Source of the DNA: Hypanus sabinus
Taxonomy: Eukaryota
DNA length: 64,000 bases
Reading direction: 5' to 3'
Assembly: GCF_030144855.1 (NCBI RefSeq)
Contig: NC_082720.1
Coordinates: 76,074,001 to 76,138,000 of the forward strand
Positions 36,931-49,494 of this stretch are shown piece after piece. The number at the start of each line of letters is the position of its first letter. Within the stretch, counting starts at the first letter, position 1. Below the pieces are notes generated by a model. The model worked only from the letters and a program-made list of their open reading frames with translations. It searched no databases and was not told the origin of the DNA. Made by a program: the position numbers and the translations under genes.

Positions 36931-37062
36931 GTAATAACGTGTAAAACAGTCATATATTTATTTCCAATATGTAATCTATAAGCAGGTTATATGGATACTG
37001 AATGCAGTGATAATCACATTTCCTCTGAGGATGAGAATTTTAAACTTGTGTTGGGGATATTA

Positions 37063-39191
37063 CACTCAGATCTATCAGGCATAGCACCGATTCATTACAA
37101 CATGGTTATTCACTTATTTATTGAAATTTTAAAAAAATGGCAAAACTTCATTCTAAACAACAGTTAAAATTTCTCAAGACTGGCTGCCATTACAATAAAC
37201 ATTCAATCAGCCAATGAGAGCGCTTTACATATGCTCTGAGCCATTCAGAGCCAATCAAATATTAGTTCCTTTCTGCCTCCACTATATGTGTAAACACGCC
37301 CCTGCCAATTTATTCCAATTTTTCCACCCATAATATCTGGAAAATGGCCTGCAACTTCCAGTGAGGGTAGTGTAACACATTTAAGACATCTAGAAAATCA
37401 TTAGCACGGATGTGTTGAAGTTGCAAGTCATACAGCGTTTGCAAGCTGGTGAGCGTCAAGTTGATGTTGGCACCTCTTTGGAATTGGCTACATCGGTGAT
37501 AAGAACAAATATTAAAAAATGCAGACAAGATTAAAGTTTCCGCAATGATGACCTCAAAGTTATCATCAATGAAAGTGACTTGTTCAAGGAGCAATTTGCT
37601 TAAAAAATTGGAAAATATATGCTTGGATGATCAAACACAACAAAACATGTTCCTAAGCCAGCTGATAGTAATGGAAAAGGCAAGAAGCATCTTGCATCAT
37701 ATCTCAAGAAGAAGAAGATACGTTGGTAACATCCACAGAGCTGGTTTGATAGATTTAAATAGCGCAGTAACCTCCATAGCATATGTAACTCTGGTGAGAC
37801 GGGCAGTGCAGACAGCAAGGCAGCCAAGGATTTTCCAGCAACACTGAAGGCCATTGAAACAGATGATTATCCTCCTGACTGTGTTTTCAATGTGGATGAA
37901 ACGGGTTTATTTTGGAAAAGAATGTCTTCTCATACTTTTATCTCCTGAGAAGAGAAACATGCATGTGGACTCAAGGCTGTAAAGGACTGGTTAACTCTCT
38001 TGCTAGGAGGCAATGTTAAAAATGATTTTAAGTTAAAGTCTATGATTGTGCATCACACTGAAACACCACGAGGAATGAAAGGCATTTTAATGCCAAAGCT
38101 ACCAGTGATTTGATAACCTAACAAGAAAGCTTGGATGATGGTTGATGTTTTCCAAAATTGGTTTGCTTCACACTTTTGTCTAGCAGGAAAGTGGTATTGT
38201 GAGGAGCATGATCTTGAACCTAAAGCACTGTTGGTGTTTGATAATGCCCCAGGCCACCCTGAGAATCTTGACACTCTTTGTTTCAGAATTCCTGTGGAAG
38301 TGGTTTACCTTCCACCATTTTATTACTCCAATGGATCAAGGAGTAATATCAAATTTTAAAACCTACTACCTTCATTGCACACTCAAGCAACTTGTAGAGA
38401 CAAACAACCTATCAGGCAATTTTGGAAAAACAACAATGTCATGAAAGCTGTAGACAATATCAGAGCAGCCCGAGACGAAGTCAACTGAGATGAAGATGAA
38501 CTGCAAGAATAGAGTGTGGAAGAAGCTAGGCCCGAAGCATGCAATGACATCCTAGGATTTCAGGCGGAACCAGTCACCCAAAACATCGCTGAACCGGCCA
38601 GTGAAGCAGGATTAGAGGACGTGAATGATGGTGATGTTGAAGAGTCACTGTATTCTCCTGGTGAGAGCCTTAATAATGAAGAGCAACGCATCCCGAGTGA
38701 ATCTGAGGACACGGATGGAAAAGAAGAAACACCGGCGAGAAACCTCACCACAAAATTCCTCAGCACTAGCATCACCACCATCACACCAATCATTGACCAG
38801 TTCATCAATAATGACCCTGACTGGGAGAGAAGCAATAAGGCAAAGAGAGGTGTTCTCGACATGATCAATGCTTACTTGCAGAAGATGCCAAAGTTGGAGG
38901 AGGACCCACAGCCCGGTCCCTCCTCTAAGATGTAACCTCCACTCATTTCCCTCTGTTGTTGCACTGTGTTGCTGCTCCACTGATGTACAGGTTAGGCCTA
39001 CTTGTGTATTGGTTACTCCATGAATTACTGTGTATACATAAAATAATCTATCATATACCTCAGGTTTGATTTTTTAAACATCAGGGATGCATGTCCATTT
39101 ACGTAACGTTATAATGCCCTCACATAGCGCTGATTTACATAGCTCTCCACCTTCGACAAACGCATCCTCAGTGTTAACTAGGGTCTGAATG
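37063..39191 (+). mobile_element. Fossil Tigger/pogo-family DNA transposon (Tigger1/TIGD1-like transposase, multiple stops and frameshifts)
   Basis: CENP-B-like region LSQLIVMEKARSI. DDD motifs VFNVDETGLFWKRM, ALLVFDNAPGHP and PMDQGVISNFKTYYL; also LTLLLGGN..DFKLK. Putative right end ...gggtctgaatg-TA (39191). Left boundary is weak. Confidence 0.88.
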
Positions 39192-39545
39192 TATATGGTT
39201 GAAAAATGCGACTCATAATGATGCTATTGAATGACGTCAATGTGGTAAAAATCTTATGACATGACTGAGTTTGGAGGCCAAGACTAAATTTTCCAGCATT
39301 TTGTCTTTTTTTTATTCCTTATCCAACGACCACTGTGTGAGGAATAAATCTCCCTTATGATGGAAGCACAGCTCTCGAGAGACTTATCACCAGTAGCTTT
39401 TGTTACAAAATAGGACATTGAAACAGTTTAGAAGAACGATAACTCTGACGGCCTCATCGTTGTTTGCTTTTTGCAGCAGGTCTTGTACCAGGAAGTATCT
39501 CAATGCCACCATAGTTGTGAGAGAAATGTACCTGTGGTAACTACT

Positions 39546-41145
39546 AACACAAGAGATTCCACAGATCATAAACAAGAGAAACTCTGCAGATGCAGGAAAT
39601 CCAAAGCAATGCATAGAAAATGCTGGAGGAACTCAGCAGGTCAGGCAGCATCTATGGAAATGAATAAACAGTCGACATTTTGGGCTGAGACCTTCTTCAA
39701 GGCTGGGAAGGAAGGAGGAGGCGCCGGAATAAAAAGGTAGGTGGGTGGGTGGGGGAAGGAGGGTAGCTGGAGAAGCCAGAAGGGCTGGAGAAGAAGGAAT
39801 TTGATAGGAGAGGAGAGTGGACCTTAGGAGAAAGGGAAGGAAGAGGGGACCCAGGAGGAAGTGATAGGCAGGTGAGAAGAGTTAAAACATCAGAGTGGGG
39901 GATAGAGGGGTGTGGGGGAATTTTTTTTTTAAACTGGAAGGAGAAATTGATATTCATGCCATCAGGTTGGAGGCTATCCAGACGGAATACAAGGTGGTGC
40001 TCCTCCACCCTGAGGGTGGTCTCATCTTGGCACAGGACAACATGTTAGAACAGGAATGGGAATCCGAATTAAAATGTTTGGCCACTAGGACGTTCTGCTT
40101 TTTGCAGATGGACTGCTGGTGCTCAATGAAGTGGTCCCCCAACTTTGATGGTTCTCACCAATGTAGAGGAGGCCACATCAGGAGCACCAGACACAATAGA
40201 CAGCCCAGCAGATTTGCAGTTGAATTATTGCCTCATTTGGAAGGACTGTTTGGTGCCCTGAATGGAGGTGAGGGAGGATGTGAAAGGAGCAGGTGTAGCA
40301 CTTAGACCCTTTGCAGAGGTAAGGGCCACCAGGGAGATTAGTTGGGAGTGACGAATGGACAAAGGAATAATGGAAGGAGCGATTCTTGTGGAAAGTGGGG
40401 TGGGGGGGAGTTAAAGATATATTTGGTGGTAGCATCCTTTTGTAGATGGTGGAAGTTGCAGGGGATGATGTGTTGGATGCAGAGGCTGATGGGGTGGTAA
40501 ATACAAAAGGAGCTCTATCACTGTTAAGGCGATAGGAAGATAGTGCAAGCACGTATATTTGGGAAATGGAGGAGATGTGGGTGAGAACAGCATCAATAGT
40601 GAAGGAAGGGATATCCCATTCTTTAAAGTAGGAGGACATTTCTGATATCCTTGAATGGAAAGCCAAGCCCTGGGAACAGGTGCAGTGGAGGCGAAGAAAT
40701 TGAAAAAGGGAATAGCATTTTTATAGGAGATAGGGTGGGAACAGGTCAAAATAACTGTGAGAATTAGTAAGTTTATAAAAGATATTGGTAGATGGTTTGT
40801 CTCCAGAGGTGGAGACAGAGAGATTGAGAAAGGGGAGGGAGGTATCTGAGATTGACTGTGAATTTAAGAGCAGGGTGGAAGTTAGAGGCAAAGTTGATAA
40901 AATTGGCGAGCTTAGCAGCACCAGTGCAGTCATTAGTGTAGCAGAGGAAGCATCGGGCAGTATTGGCAGAGAAGGCTTTGAACATGGATTGTTCTACGTA
41001 GCCAACAAAGAGGCAGGCATTGCTGGGGCCCATGATTACCCCTCGAGTTTCTAGAAAGTGGGAGGAGTTGCAGGAAAAATTGTTGAGGGCAAGATCTAGT
41101 TCTGTCAGTTGGAGGACGGTGGTGGTGAAGGGGAATTGGTCAGTA
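39546..41145 (-). mobile_element. Penelope-like (Neptune-type) element, RT + GIY-YIG remnants
   Basis: LALNNFS.NSSHFLETRGVIMGPSNACLFVGYVEQ (RT), FHPALKFT, SLPFLNLSVS, IFYKLTNSHSY, GDHFIEHQQSICK, EEHHLVFRLDSLQPDGMNINF. Confidence 0.9.
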
Positions 41146-41149
41146 CTTT

Positions 41150-41357
41150 TGATTCTACCGATGCTGGAAATCCAGAGTAATGCATACAAAATGCTGGAGG
41201 AACTCAGCAGCTCAGGCAGCATCGATGGAAAGGAACAGACAATTTTGGCTCAGGCATGGGTCCTGATAAAGGGTCTCGGCCCGAAACATTGACTCTTTAT
41301 TCCTTTCCGTAGATGCTGCCTGAGCTGCTGAGTTCCTCTAGCATTTTGTATGTGTTC
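41150..41357. mobile_element. Palindromic PLE-terminal element abutting the 5'-truncated end of the PLE
   Basis: catacaaaatgctggaggaactcagcagctcaggcagcatc is inverted against gatgctgcctgagctgctgagttcctctagcattttgtatg. Hammerhead remnant gggtcCTGATAAagggtctcggcccGAAAcattgactc at ~41258-41295. Confidence 0.85.
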
Positions 41358-41779
41358 CCTTGGTAAGAACTGATGCTCAGAACACAGCTACCATAACTTC
41401 CGGGTCTCCAACAGAGAGGAGAAGTTGGAAGCATTCAGCTGACTTGCAACTCCTCTGGGAAGAGCAACTTGGGGCTGATGCACTGGAATTCCAATTAGGA
41501 TCCACCCATAAAGTGAAGTTTGAGATCCCAGAATAATTCAAAAGAGTTCACACATTGTAAAGCAACAGTAACTATTCAAAGTCTTCACACACCATAGACA
41601 AAGGAAACAGATAAGTATTCATTAAGTGAGGGTTTTCCCTATTGCTAGCGAGGACAATATTGAAAGAAAGTCCATTCAATAATTTAGCAGTAAGCCAGTG
41701 GGTTTTGTTTTTGTGCATAACTATACCCATTTCTGAAAGTTAAAAAAATGCCTGGCATCAGAAATCATTTTTATTGAAC

Positions 41780-42310
41780 TAAAATAAACTTTATCCATAA
41801 TCAAAAACTATTTTCAAGAATAAACCATGCAATATATCTTCATTGTTACATTTATAGACAAGGCATTCTTTTGTGTTAAATTACATTTTGTAAAATCAAT
41901 AGCATTGTTACCAATCATGTGGCCCCGTGGGGTGGTGCACCACTACAATAATGGAGGGGCTTCCTCACCAAACCCAGTCTTTCCCTGTCTAGCAGCAGAA
42001 GAACCCTATGCTGTATTCTGCCCTGCCGAGTCCTTGTGGTGGCTGCATCAGGCTTCAGTGTGTCCCTGAGTAGGTACTCCTGCAGTCATCAGCATTCCTC
42101 TACAGACATTTCAATGTGCTAGCAGACCAACTAGTTTCAGGCTTGTCTTTAACTTGTCTTTCACCAAGTTAATGATCTCCAGCGACACCTGATGTTCGTC
42201 TCCCTCCGTGTCCCTGGGAACAGCCCGTAGATCAGTCTTCTCTCCCGCAGCTACTCGGGCTTGCCTCTTTCGCCACACTCTCTGCATCAGAAATGTTTGC
42301 ATAGCTACAA
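41780..42310 (-). mobile_element. Tx1/L1-group LINE 3' end
   Basis: Across frames on the - strand: LIYGLFPGT.RETNIRC.W, IINLVKD, LQEYLLRDTLK.DAATT, which is the C-terminus typical of shark Tx1-like ORF2 (from recall). Confidence 0.7.
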
Positions 42311-42689
42311 GTTTACGATATCAGACGACTACAATTCCTCCTCTCCCAAGAGTCTAGGATCACCTTAAGCCAGTGTTAGAACAATATCTCAATGCATAGC
42401 CAGAATATTCCACAATATCCCAGCCTTCTGTTTCAAAAGTGGAAATAATCTTTTCCTAATCCAAGCACATGGAGGAATAGATAAATGGCAAGCTTTCAAA
42501 AATCAGCTAAAGAAAATACCTATCCTATTTGTAACCTAATCAATATAGTTGAGGAATCCCTGGCACATGCTTACAGTCATGGTTACAGCAAAGCAGGTGA
42601 TTCTGCCTGTTGGAATTTACTCTACACAAGAGCAATCCAGTGAGTCCCACTTTCACAGTCGCCTAACGTCTTTGCTTTTTTTAAAATAA

Positions 42690-43010
42690 TGCTGCAATTA
42701 AACCTCCCTTCATTACCATTTGCCAATTGGTGAATTGTATAGTTATCAGCACACCTACTGAGATGGTGAAAAACTTTGCTTTGCATGCCATTCATACAAA
42801 TCGTTCCAAAACAAAGTACACCGAGGAACTGCAAAAGGGGAAAGCAATAATAGAATGCCAAATAACATTTTACTTATTTAGTTAGTGACACAGCACAGTG
42901 TTGGCCCTTCCAGCTGTTTGATCTGCTCCACCCCAGCAACCCAGATTTAACGCCAACCTAAACATGGGGCAATGTACAATGACCAATGAACCCACTTGGT
43001 ACATCTTCTT
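42690..43010 (-). mobile_element. Rex1-type tail fragment plus partial V-SINE
   Basis: gaaaaactttgctttgcatgccattcatac (LINE tail) and gtgacacagcacagtgttggcccttcc...tacaatgaccaatgaaccc (SINE 3' half). Confidence 0.55.
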
Positions 43011-44264
43011 CAGCAATTCTTTTGCCCATCTAGAATTTCAGCTCTATCTTCTTTTATAGAGACTCCAGCAGGATTTTCACCAATGCCAAGACTATTGTAT
43101 TCATTTAATCCTCAGCATCTCTCAGTTTCATGAATAATTTTCCTTTTTTTTTGTTTCTGGACACCACCCCTCTCACACATTTCCTGTTCACATGCTTAGA
43201 GAGCACTTCTCTACGTCCTTTTATGGTTGCTGTCAGCCTTGTCTCACTTCCTTTGTTAATCCTCTTCTGAGCTTTCAGTCGTCTGTTTTCACAGAGTAAC
43301 CAATGTACAGTATGTTCTTTTATCCCGCTTTTTTTTACACGGTCTCTTTGGTCATCCCGAGAGTTCTATATTTAATATGCCTCCCCTGTGCCGAGCCACT
43401 TGATGAAGCATCATCTTAAAATCTGTCCCATTTGTTCAAGAGAGGAAGAGAAAACCTGATCATTTCAAAGGAAATTGCATTTTAGGGAGTCAGATTATTA
43501 ACAGAAAATAACGACGACGTAAATCGCTCTGCCAGGACTATCACGATTTACTTTTTACGAGGGCTTAATATTTGCATGAGAACCATAGTGGTCATCTGGA
43601 TGAGCCAGCCTTAGTGAAATAGCTTCAGGCTGCCAACAAAGGATAGTGAAAGTCCTGTACTGATTACATTCTTGCTAGACTGGTGGGGGGGTGGGGGGAG
43701 CTAATAAGCAATCTTCAAACAAACAAGCTTTTCCCATCAGGATATATCCACATTCATCAAACATGAATTATCACCAGCTCTAGACATGACAACAAGTGAC
43801 TATTCAATCTCATTACCTTTTAAGGATTGTAGTCAACCACTTAGTCAGAAATGGCTCAAGAATTTTGAACTTTGCATTGCTGTGCTATGTTGGCAAATTC
43901 GCAAGGTTCAAATGCTCCACGTTAACAAGATAATGGAAATCTAGACCAATAACTTGAAAAAACCCATGAAAAAGGAAATCTGGACATACTGTTTACATGA
44001 ATAATCTGCTTATCAAGATGAATTCTGAAAAACCATTTTCAACAGAATCGCATTTTTCTGTCTTTGAGGGTAATAAAGGATTTGACAGTTATAATGATGG
44101 CAAACTTGCAGCATTCAGCATGATTGGACTGTGAAAATGATAGGATTTCCTTAAAGGTTGGAAAAACTTGGACTATTTTCAGGGGAGTGACAGAAGCTGT
44201 GGGGTGATATTATAGAAATTAAAATTGTGAGAGACATAGGTTATATATACTATGATATATTTAC

Positions 44265-45215
44265 ACTGGGGGCACAATGGACAGTGAAGGCGGCTATAAA
44301 AGCTTGCAATGGGTATGCTTGAGCTGGAAAAATTGGCTGAAAATGGCAGATGGAATTTATTGCAAACAAGTGCGAGATGTTCCACTTTAGGAGGACACAC
44401 GATAGGGTAGAGCTTACACGGTGAGCAGTCAGGCATTGAGAAGGGCAGCCGAACAGAGAGATCTGGCAACACAGATCCATCATTCCTTAAAGGAGGTGTC
44501 CTAGGTAGATAGGGTTGTAAAGAAAGCTTTTGAAGGCACACTGGGCTTCATAACTCAGGTATTGAGTACAGGAGTTGGAATGTTAATGTTTGAGTTGTAT
44601 TAAGACATTGGTGAGGCCTAATTTGGAGTATGTGGTCACCTACCTACAGGAAAGATGTCAATAAGATTGAAAAGGTGCAGAAAAAAAACTACAATGATGT
44701 TGCTGGGACTGCAGAACTGGAGTTATAAGGAATGATAGAATAGGTTAGGACTTTATTCCATAGAGCGTAGGAAATGAGGGGAGATTTGACAGAGGTATAC
44801 CAAAATTTATGAGCGATATAGATGTGATAAAGGCATTTTATGACCATATGGAGGGCTATGGTTGTTTGGACTAGGCAGATTAATAGTTCGGTACAGATTA
44901 GATGGGCTGAAGGACCTGCTGATGTACTGTGGGCTTCTATAACTCTATGGCTCAGAGTAGAAGTGTCAAATGCCAGAGCGCCTGATCGTATAGGAGATGT
45001 GCAGGCAAAGCCTTTCTTTCCCCCCCATCTCAAAGGGTGGTAACTGTATAGAATGTGCTGCCAGGGAGAAGTGAAAGTGGATATGACAGTGGTGTTTAAG
45101 GGGCTTTTAGATAGGCGTATGAATGGAGTGATATGGTCTGTTCAGGCAGAAAAGATTAATTTGCCGCCTTGTTTGGCACAGACATCATTCGCTGAATGAC
45201 CTGTTCCTTTGCTTA
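44265..45215 (+). mobile_element. CR1-like LINE 3' fragments (two in tandem)
   Basis: LEKLAEKWQMEFIANKCEMFHF, LVRPNLEY and gatgggctgaaggacctg tail. A second tail follows at ~44945-45215. Confidence 0.82.
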
Positions 45216-45369
45216 CAGTTTTATTTTTTTTTAATTACATAGTTCAATGTGTGTGCCTCAATGATGCTATGATTTAGTGCCCTCTCCCCTTCTATTATTC
45301 CAGTTACATCAATGCAACTAATTCACTAATTTAATGAATCTGAAAACTTCAGCCATTTATAAACTACCA

Positions 45370-46050
45370 GCATTCAATGTCACTAAGACTAAAAAACTGA
45401 TAGTGGACTTCAGAAAGGGTAAGAGAGAACACGCACCAGTTCTCACAGACAGATCAGAAGTGGGAAAAGTGAGCAACTTCAAGTTTCTGGGTGTCAGCAT
45501 CTCTGAGGATCTATCCTGAGCTCAACACAAAGAAGGCATGATAACACCCATATTTCATGAGGGGTTTGAGGAGATTTGGTATGTCACCACAGACACTCGC
45601 AAATTTCTACAGAAATTCCGTAGAGAGCATATGGCTGTTTCACCTTCTACTATGGGGAGGCAACTGTAAGCTGCAGAGAGTTGTAACCATAGTCAGCTCC
45701 ACCATGGGCACTAGTCTCTACGGTATCCACGACATCCTCAAAGAGTGATGCCTCAACAGGCAGCGTCCATCATTAAGAACCCATATAACCCAGGACATGC
45801 CTTGTTCTCATTGCTACCATCAGGAAGGAGGTACAGGAGCCTGAAGGCACACATTCAACGATTCAGGAACAGCTTCTTCCCTTCTGCCATCTGATTTCTG
45901 AAGGGACTATAGACCTATTAATGCCAGTTCACTACTTTTTTTTAATCTATTATTTTTTTCTGTTATTATGTATTACATTCTACTGCTGCCACAAAGAGAA
46001 CAAATTTCATGACATATGTTGGTAATATTATAAAAGATTCTGAACTCTGA
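45370..46050 (+). mobile_element. Rex1/Babar LINE 3' fragment
   Basis: NVTKTKKLIVDFRK, VSNFKFLGVSISEDLS and LRRFGMSPQTLANFYR. Confidence 0.88.
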
Positions 46051-46159
46051 AAATCTAACTGTTGCAAAAGGTAAATTTTCAAAAGGTGTACGCTGCTTGA
46101 CAACCCTCTCATACTCAGCCCACAATATGATCTTAGTTTAAATTCTTTCATAAATATTT

Positions 46160-47172
46160 CAAGAAATAAACTCTTCTCCGGCTTCCAGCTGGTTACAGGT
46201 ATCGATTTTAAATGATGTCTCAATGCCAAACTCTGCCATCTTCATCAGGGACAGTGCCTGGGCATGTCTAGTCTGGTGGTATTTATACCCCCTGTCGTCC
46301 ATCCCTCCTGATTGGTTAGTCCTCACCTACTCAGGTTTCTGCTCTCCCACCTTCTTACTAATTGAATTCCAGTTCTTACTTGGAGTGGGACCTTGGTCTT
46401 TTCCTCTAGTATTATTCCAATGGATTCCTTCACCAGGCAGTGCCAAAAGCTATTGGTATGGCACAGTAGTTTTGTGCCAGATTCACTCTTATGGCCATTA
46501 CAAATGCAATATTTTGCTACCGCCGATTCCTCTGGGTAACCCAAATGGATACATCCCCTGTGCTCTTTGATGGGGTTTCCACTGTGCATCCCTTCTGGCT
46601 GATACATGCTGCTAACAGGAGGAGCCCAACAACGAGGAGGAACCCATCACTTCAGCCTACCTTCCCAATATTTCCAGAGTTTCTGGAAGGATCACCAGGA
46701 TCCTGAAGAAATAACAGATTAATGCTATCCACAAAACCGTAAGGAAGCTCAGATCGTAGCGTATGTGGATCAAAGATGTACTGGGACTCAGGACTGCTGG
46801 CGTTAACAGGATTCCCTGTGAATGCGGAGCAACGCGTATTTCTCCAGTTGGGATGCATGGTGGAAACCCGCATCAAGGGGCATACGTTTGCGTTACCTGG
46901 AGGAAAATCGACGGTAGCAGAACATTGCATTCGCAATGGGTATAGGATTGACTTTGATGGCTCCAAACCACTGTGCCATGCCAGTGGCTTTTGGGACCAT
47001 CTGGTGAAGGAAGCCACTGAAATAAAACTAGAGGAAAAGAGTCTTAGCAAAGGTGAAGGTCTCGTTCTAGATGAGAACTGGAATTTGATTGTAAACAAGG
47101 TGGGAGAGCAGAAACCTAATTGGATGAGGACTAACCAATCAGGAGGGATGGAATACAGGGGTATAAATACCA
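46160..47172 (+). mobile_element. Second PLE family (Penelope/Poseidon-type GIY-YIG), head-to-head inverted structure
   Basis: + strand: LGLRTAGVNRIPCECGA, VETRIKGH, KSTVAEHCIRNGYRIDFD, LVKEATEIKLEEK. 46272-46612 is an inverted copy of ~46830-47172. Degenerate hammerhead (cctgatgaagatggc...) on the - strand at ~46213-46250. Confidence 0.88.
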
Positions 47173-47625
47173 GAAAATTTGTAACCCTTTTCCTACTCTA
47201 TTCAAATACAACCCATGAACTATGGTACTGAATCCCACCTTCTCCCACATTGTATCCATATACCATCTCTGCGACAAGTACCCAAAACTAGTGCAACCCT
47301 TTAGAAAAGTAATAATATTGTGCCTACCTCAGAACACTGGAAGTTACATCAGTATAACTTACATCAAAATTTTCAAGTGACAAGTGTACAAAGCAAACAA
47401 TTAGCCTTCGCAACATGATCAATATTCCCTGAAAGCAAGCAAACTTTTACAGGTAATGAGAGAAAGTTGCTGGAATGTTGTATCCTTTGATTAGTTTACT
47501 GAACTTTGATCAATAGCATTTCATATAGAAATTTAAATGAAGTTGAAGGTTAAAAAAAATCAGTGCAAGGAATGCAGCCAATTAAAAAGAATGCAACCAC
47601 ATGTGTGTAGCTAGTAGATAGAAAG

Positions 47626-47943
47626 TGCATGGCCAAGTGGTTAAGGCATTCATCTAGTGATCTGAAGGTCGCTAGTTCGAGCCTTGGCTGAGGCTGCATG
47701 TGTCTCCTTGAGCAAGGCACTTAACCACACATTGCTCTGCGGCTCTGCGACGACACTGGTGCCAAGCTGTATGGGTCCTAATGCCCTTCCCTTGGACAAC
47801 ATCGGTGGTGTGGAGAGGGGAGACTTGCAGCTTGGGTCTGCTGGTCTTCCATAAAAAAAACCTTGCCCAGGCTTGCGCCCTGGAAACTTTCCAAGGTGCA
47901 AATCCATGGTCTATCAAGACTAACGGAGGCCTACACATGCTAC
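47626..47943 (+). mobile_element. tRNA/CORE-like SINE with RTE-like tail; 10-bp TSD
   Basis: A box tggccaagtgg, B box agttcgagcc, CORE-like tgtgtctccttgagcaaggcacttaacc. Same family as 24137-24443. TSD agatagaaag at 47616-47625 and 47944-47953. Confidence 0.88.
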
Positions 47944-49494
47944 AGATAGAAAGCAAAGAGGAAAGAAGCAAAGAATATGTTATACCTGCACTATACTGCA
48001 GCTACAAAGGAAGAAAGACATTTCATGAATTATGCCAGTGCTGATAAATCAGATTCCAATTTTTTCGAATGTGGAAAATTGTGAAGAAATGTATTTTGAG
48101 AAAAATTTGCTCATTTTCTTCTTGGAATTTAACTCAAGGTCCATACTTTTAAAACGCCAAATAAAATTACTTTTAAATTTTAAACAATAATTTTCCTTTG
48201 AATATTCCTTATTAATCTGGTTACCCACTTGAGAAAATGTAGTGCAAGGACCAGCTATACTGTGTGATTGGTTCTTGCATTTTACTCAATGCAATGATGG
48301 CATTGAATAAAAGCAAATTATTTCTTTCTTACAAATAGCTCAGAAGAAACTGCAATAATAGTAAATGAATCCAGATATTTGTTTTTAATATAGATACTCT
48401 GATCATAGAAAATGCTGTCTCTGGTCCCAGTGCTGCTCAAGTTGTGCACAGGTAATATCCTAAACATATCAAACATTATCTAGCTGCCATTGTTCGATAA
48501 TGTTTCGTGATCAGAGATTCCTAATAAAAAGCAGCAATGTAATCAAGCAAGGTTTGTACAAAATTGCCAGCTTCAAATGTTCTAACCTATAATTGCCACT
48601 TGAACTTCATTTTATAGAAGTTTCAGTTTCGACTGAGCAGTAATCTTAAAAGAGTCCACAGTCTGATGTGACACTGATGAATTCAAGTTCAAGGTCATTG
48701 TAGTCTTCAAGCACTTTTTCTTCTCATCCATGCTCTGAATAGTCTTGCTATCGCTTGGCTAACACACAGGGTCAGAAATAGTCACAGTGCTGATGGAGTT
48801 CCCGCTGTTGGCCAGTAGTATCACGAGTAAGAATGCTTAAGGCAAATTTTCCTAGAAAGAAATAATCTGCTGAAGATGATACATTTGCTGCTTTCATTAT
48901 TCCCTTGAATAATATTGTTGAGCAGTTATAGTTTACTTAGAAATATTTAAAAAAATTCTATTTGTATACATGCACCACTTCTTCAATATCACATTCAGAA
49001 TATCAATGAAAGATATAAAGTTTTCAAATTCAGGACCATAAGACCACAGGACAAAGGATCAGATTAAGGCTTTTCAGCCCATCAAGTCTGCTCTGTCATT
49101 GTTACATGCCGGTTTTATTTTCCCTCTTCAGCCCATGAGGAGCTCTCTCTCGTTCTCATGTCAAGTTATAGATTTGATACTTCCAAGTGTCATTTCACTA
49201 CAACTTATGACATATGAAAAGCGGTAGCTGGTGCCAGTGAGTGTAACTCTAGCACAAGGTAGAGGTTGTTCTGCCCTTTGTGAAATTTTCAATAGACTGG
49301 GTGCCCAAACTATTTATTTATTTAGTGGGTTGGAGGGGGGGGGAGCAGGAGGAGAGAAAGAGGGGGACAGGGGCAGAGGGGCAGAGCAAATCAATCCTCT
49401 TTCAAACTTTAATTAAAAGACAAACACCCCAAAGGGTGACAGACTACCTACCAATGCACAGTCTGCTTCGAGATCTAACATCAAAATTCCTCAA

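Noticed and set aside
37545-38935. TIGD1-like domesticated gene
   Set aside because: Multiple in-frame stops and frameshifts indicate a transposon fossil.
42111-42302. 63-aa ORF that looks like a cellular peptide
   Set aside because: It is a frameshifted reading of a Tx1-like LINE ORF2 C-terminus.
48459-48510. miR-190-like sequence (cctaaacatatcaaacattatc) with a 10-bp inverted repeat
   Set aside because: It differs from miR-190 within the seed region, lacks the complementary arm in the expected position, and the hairpin is short.
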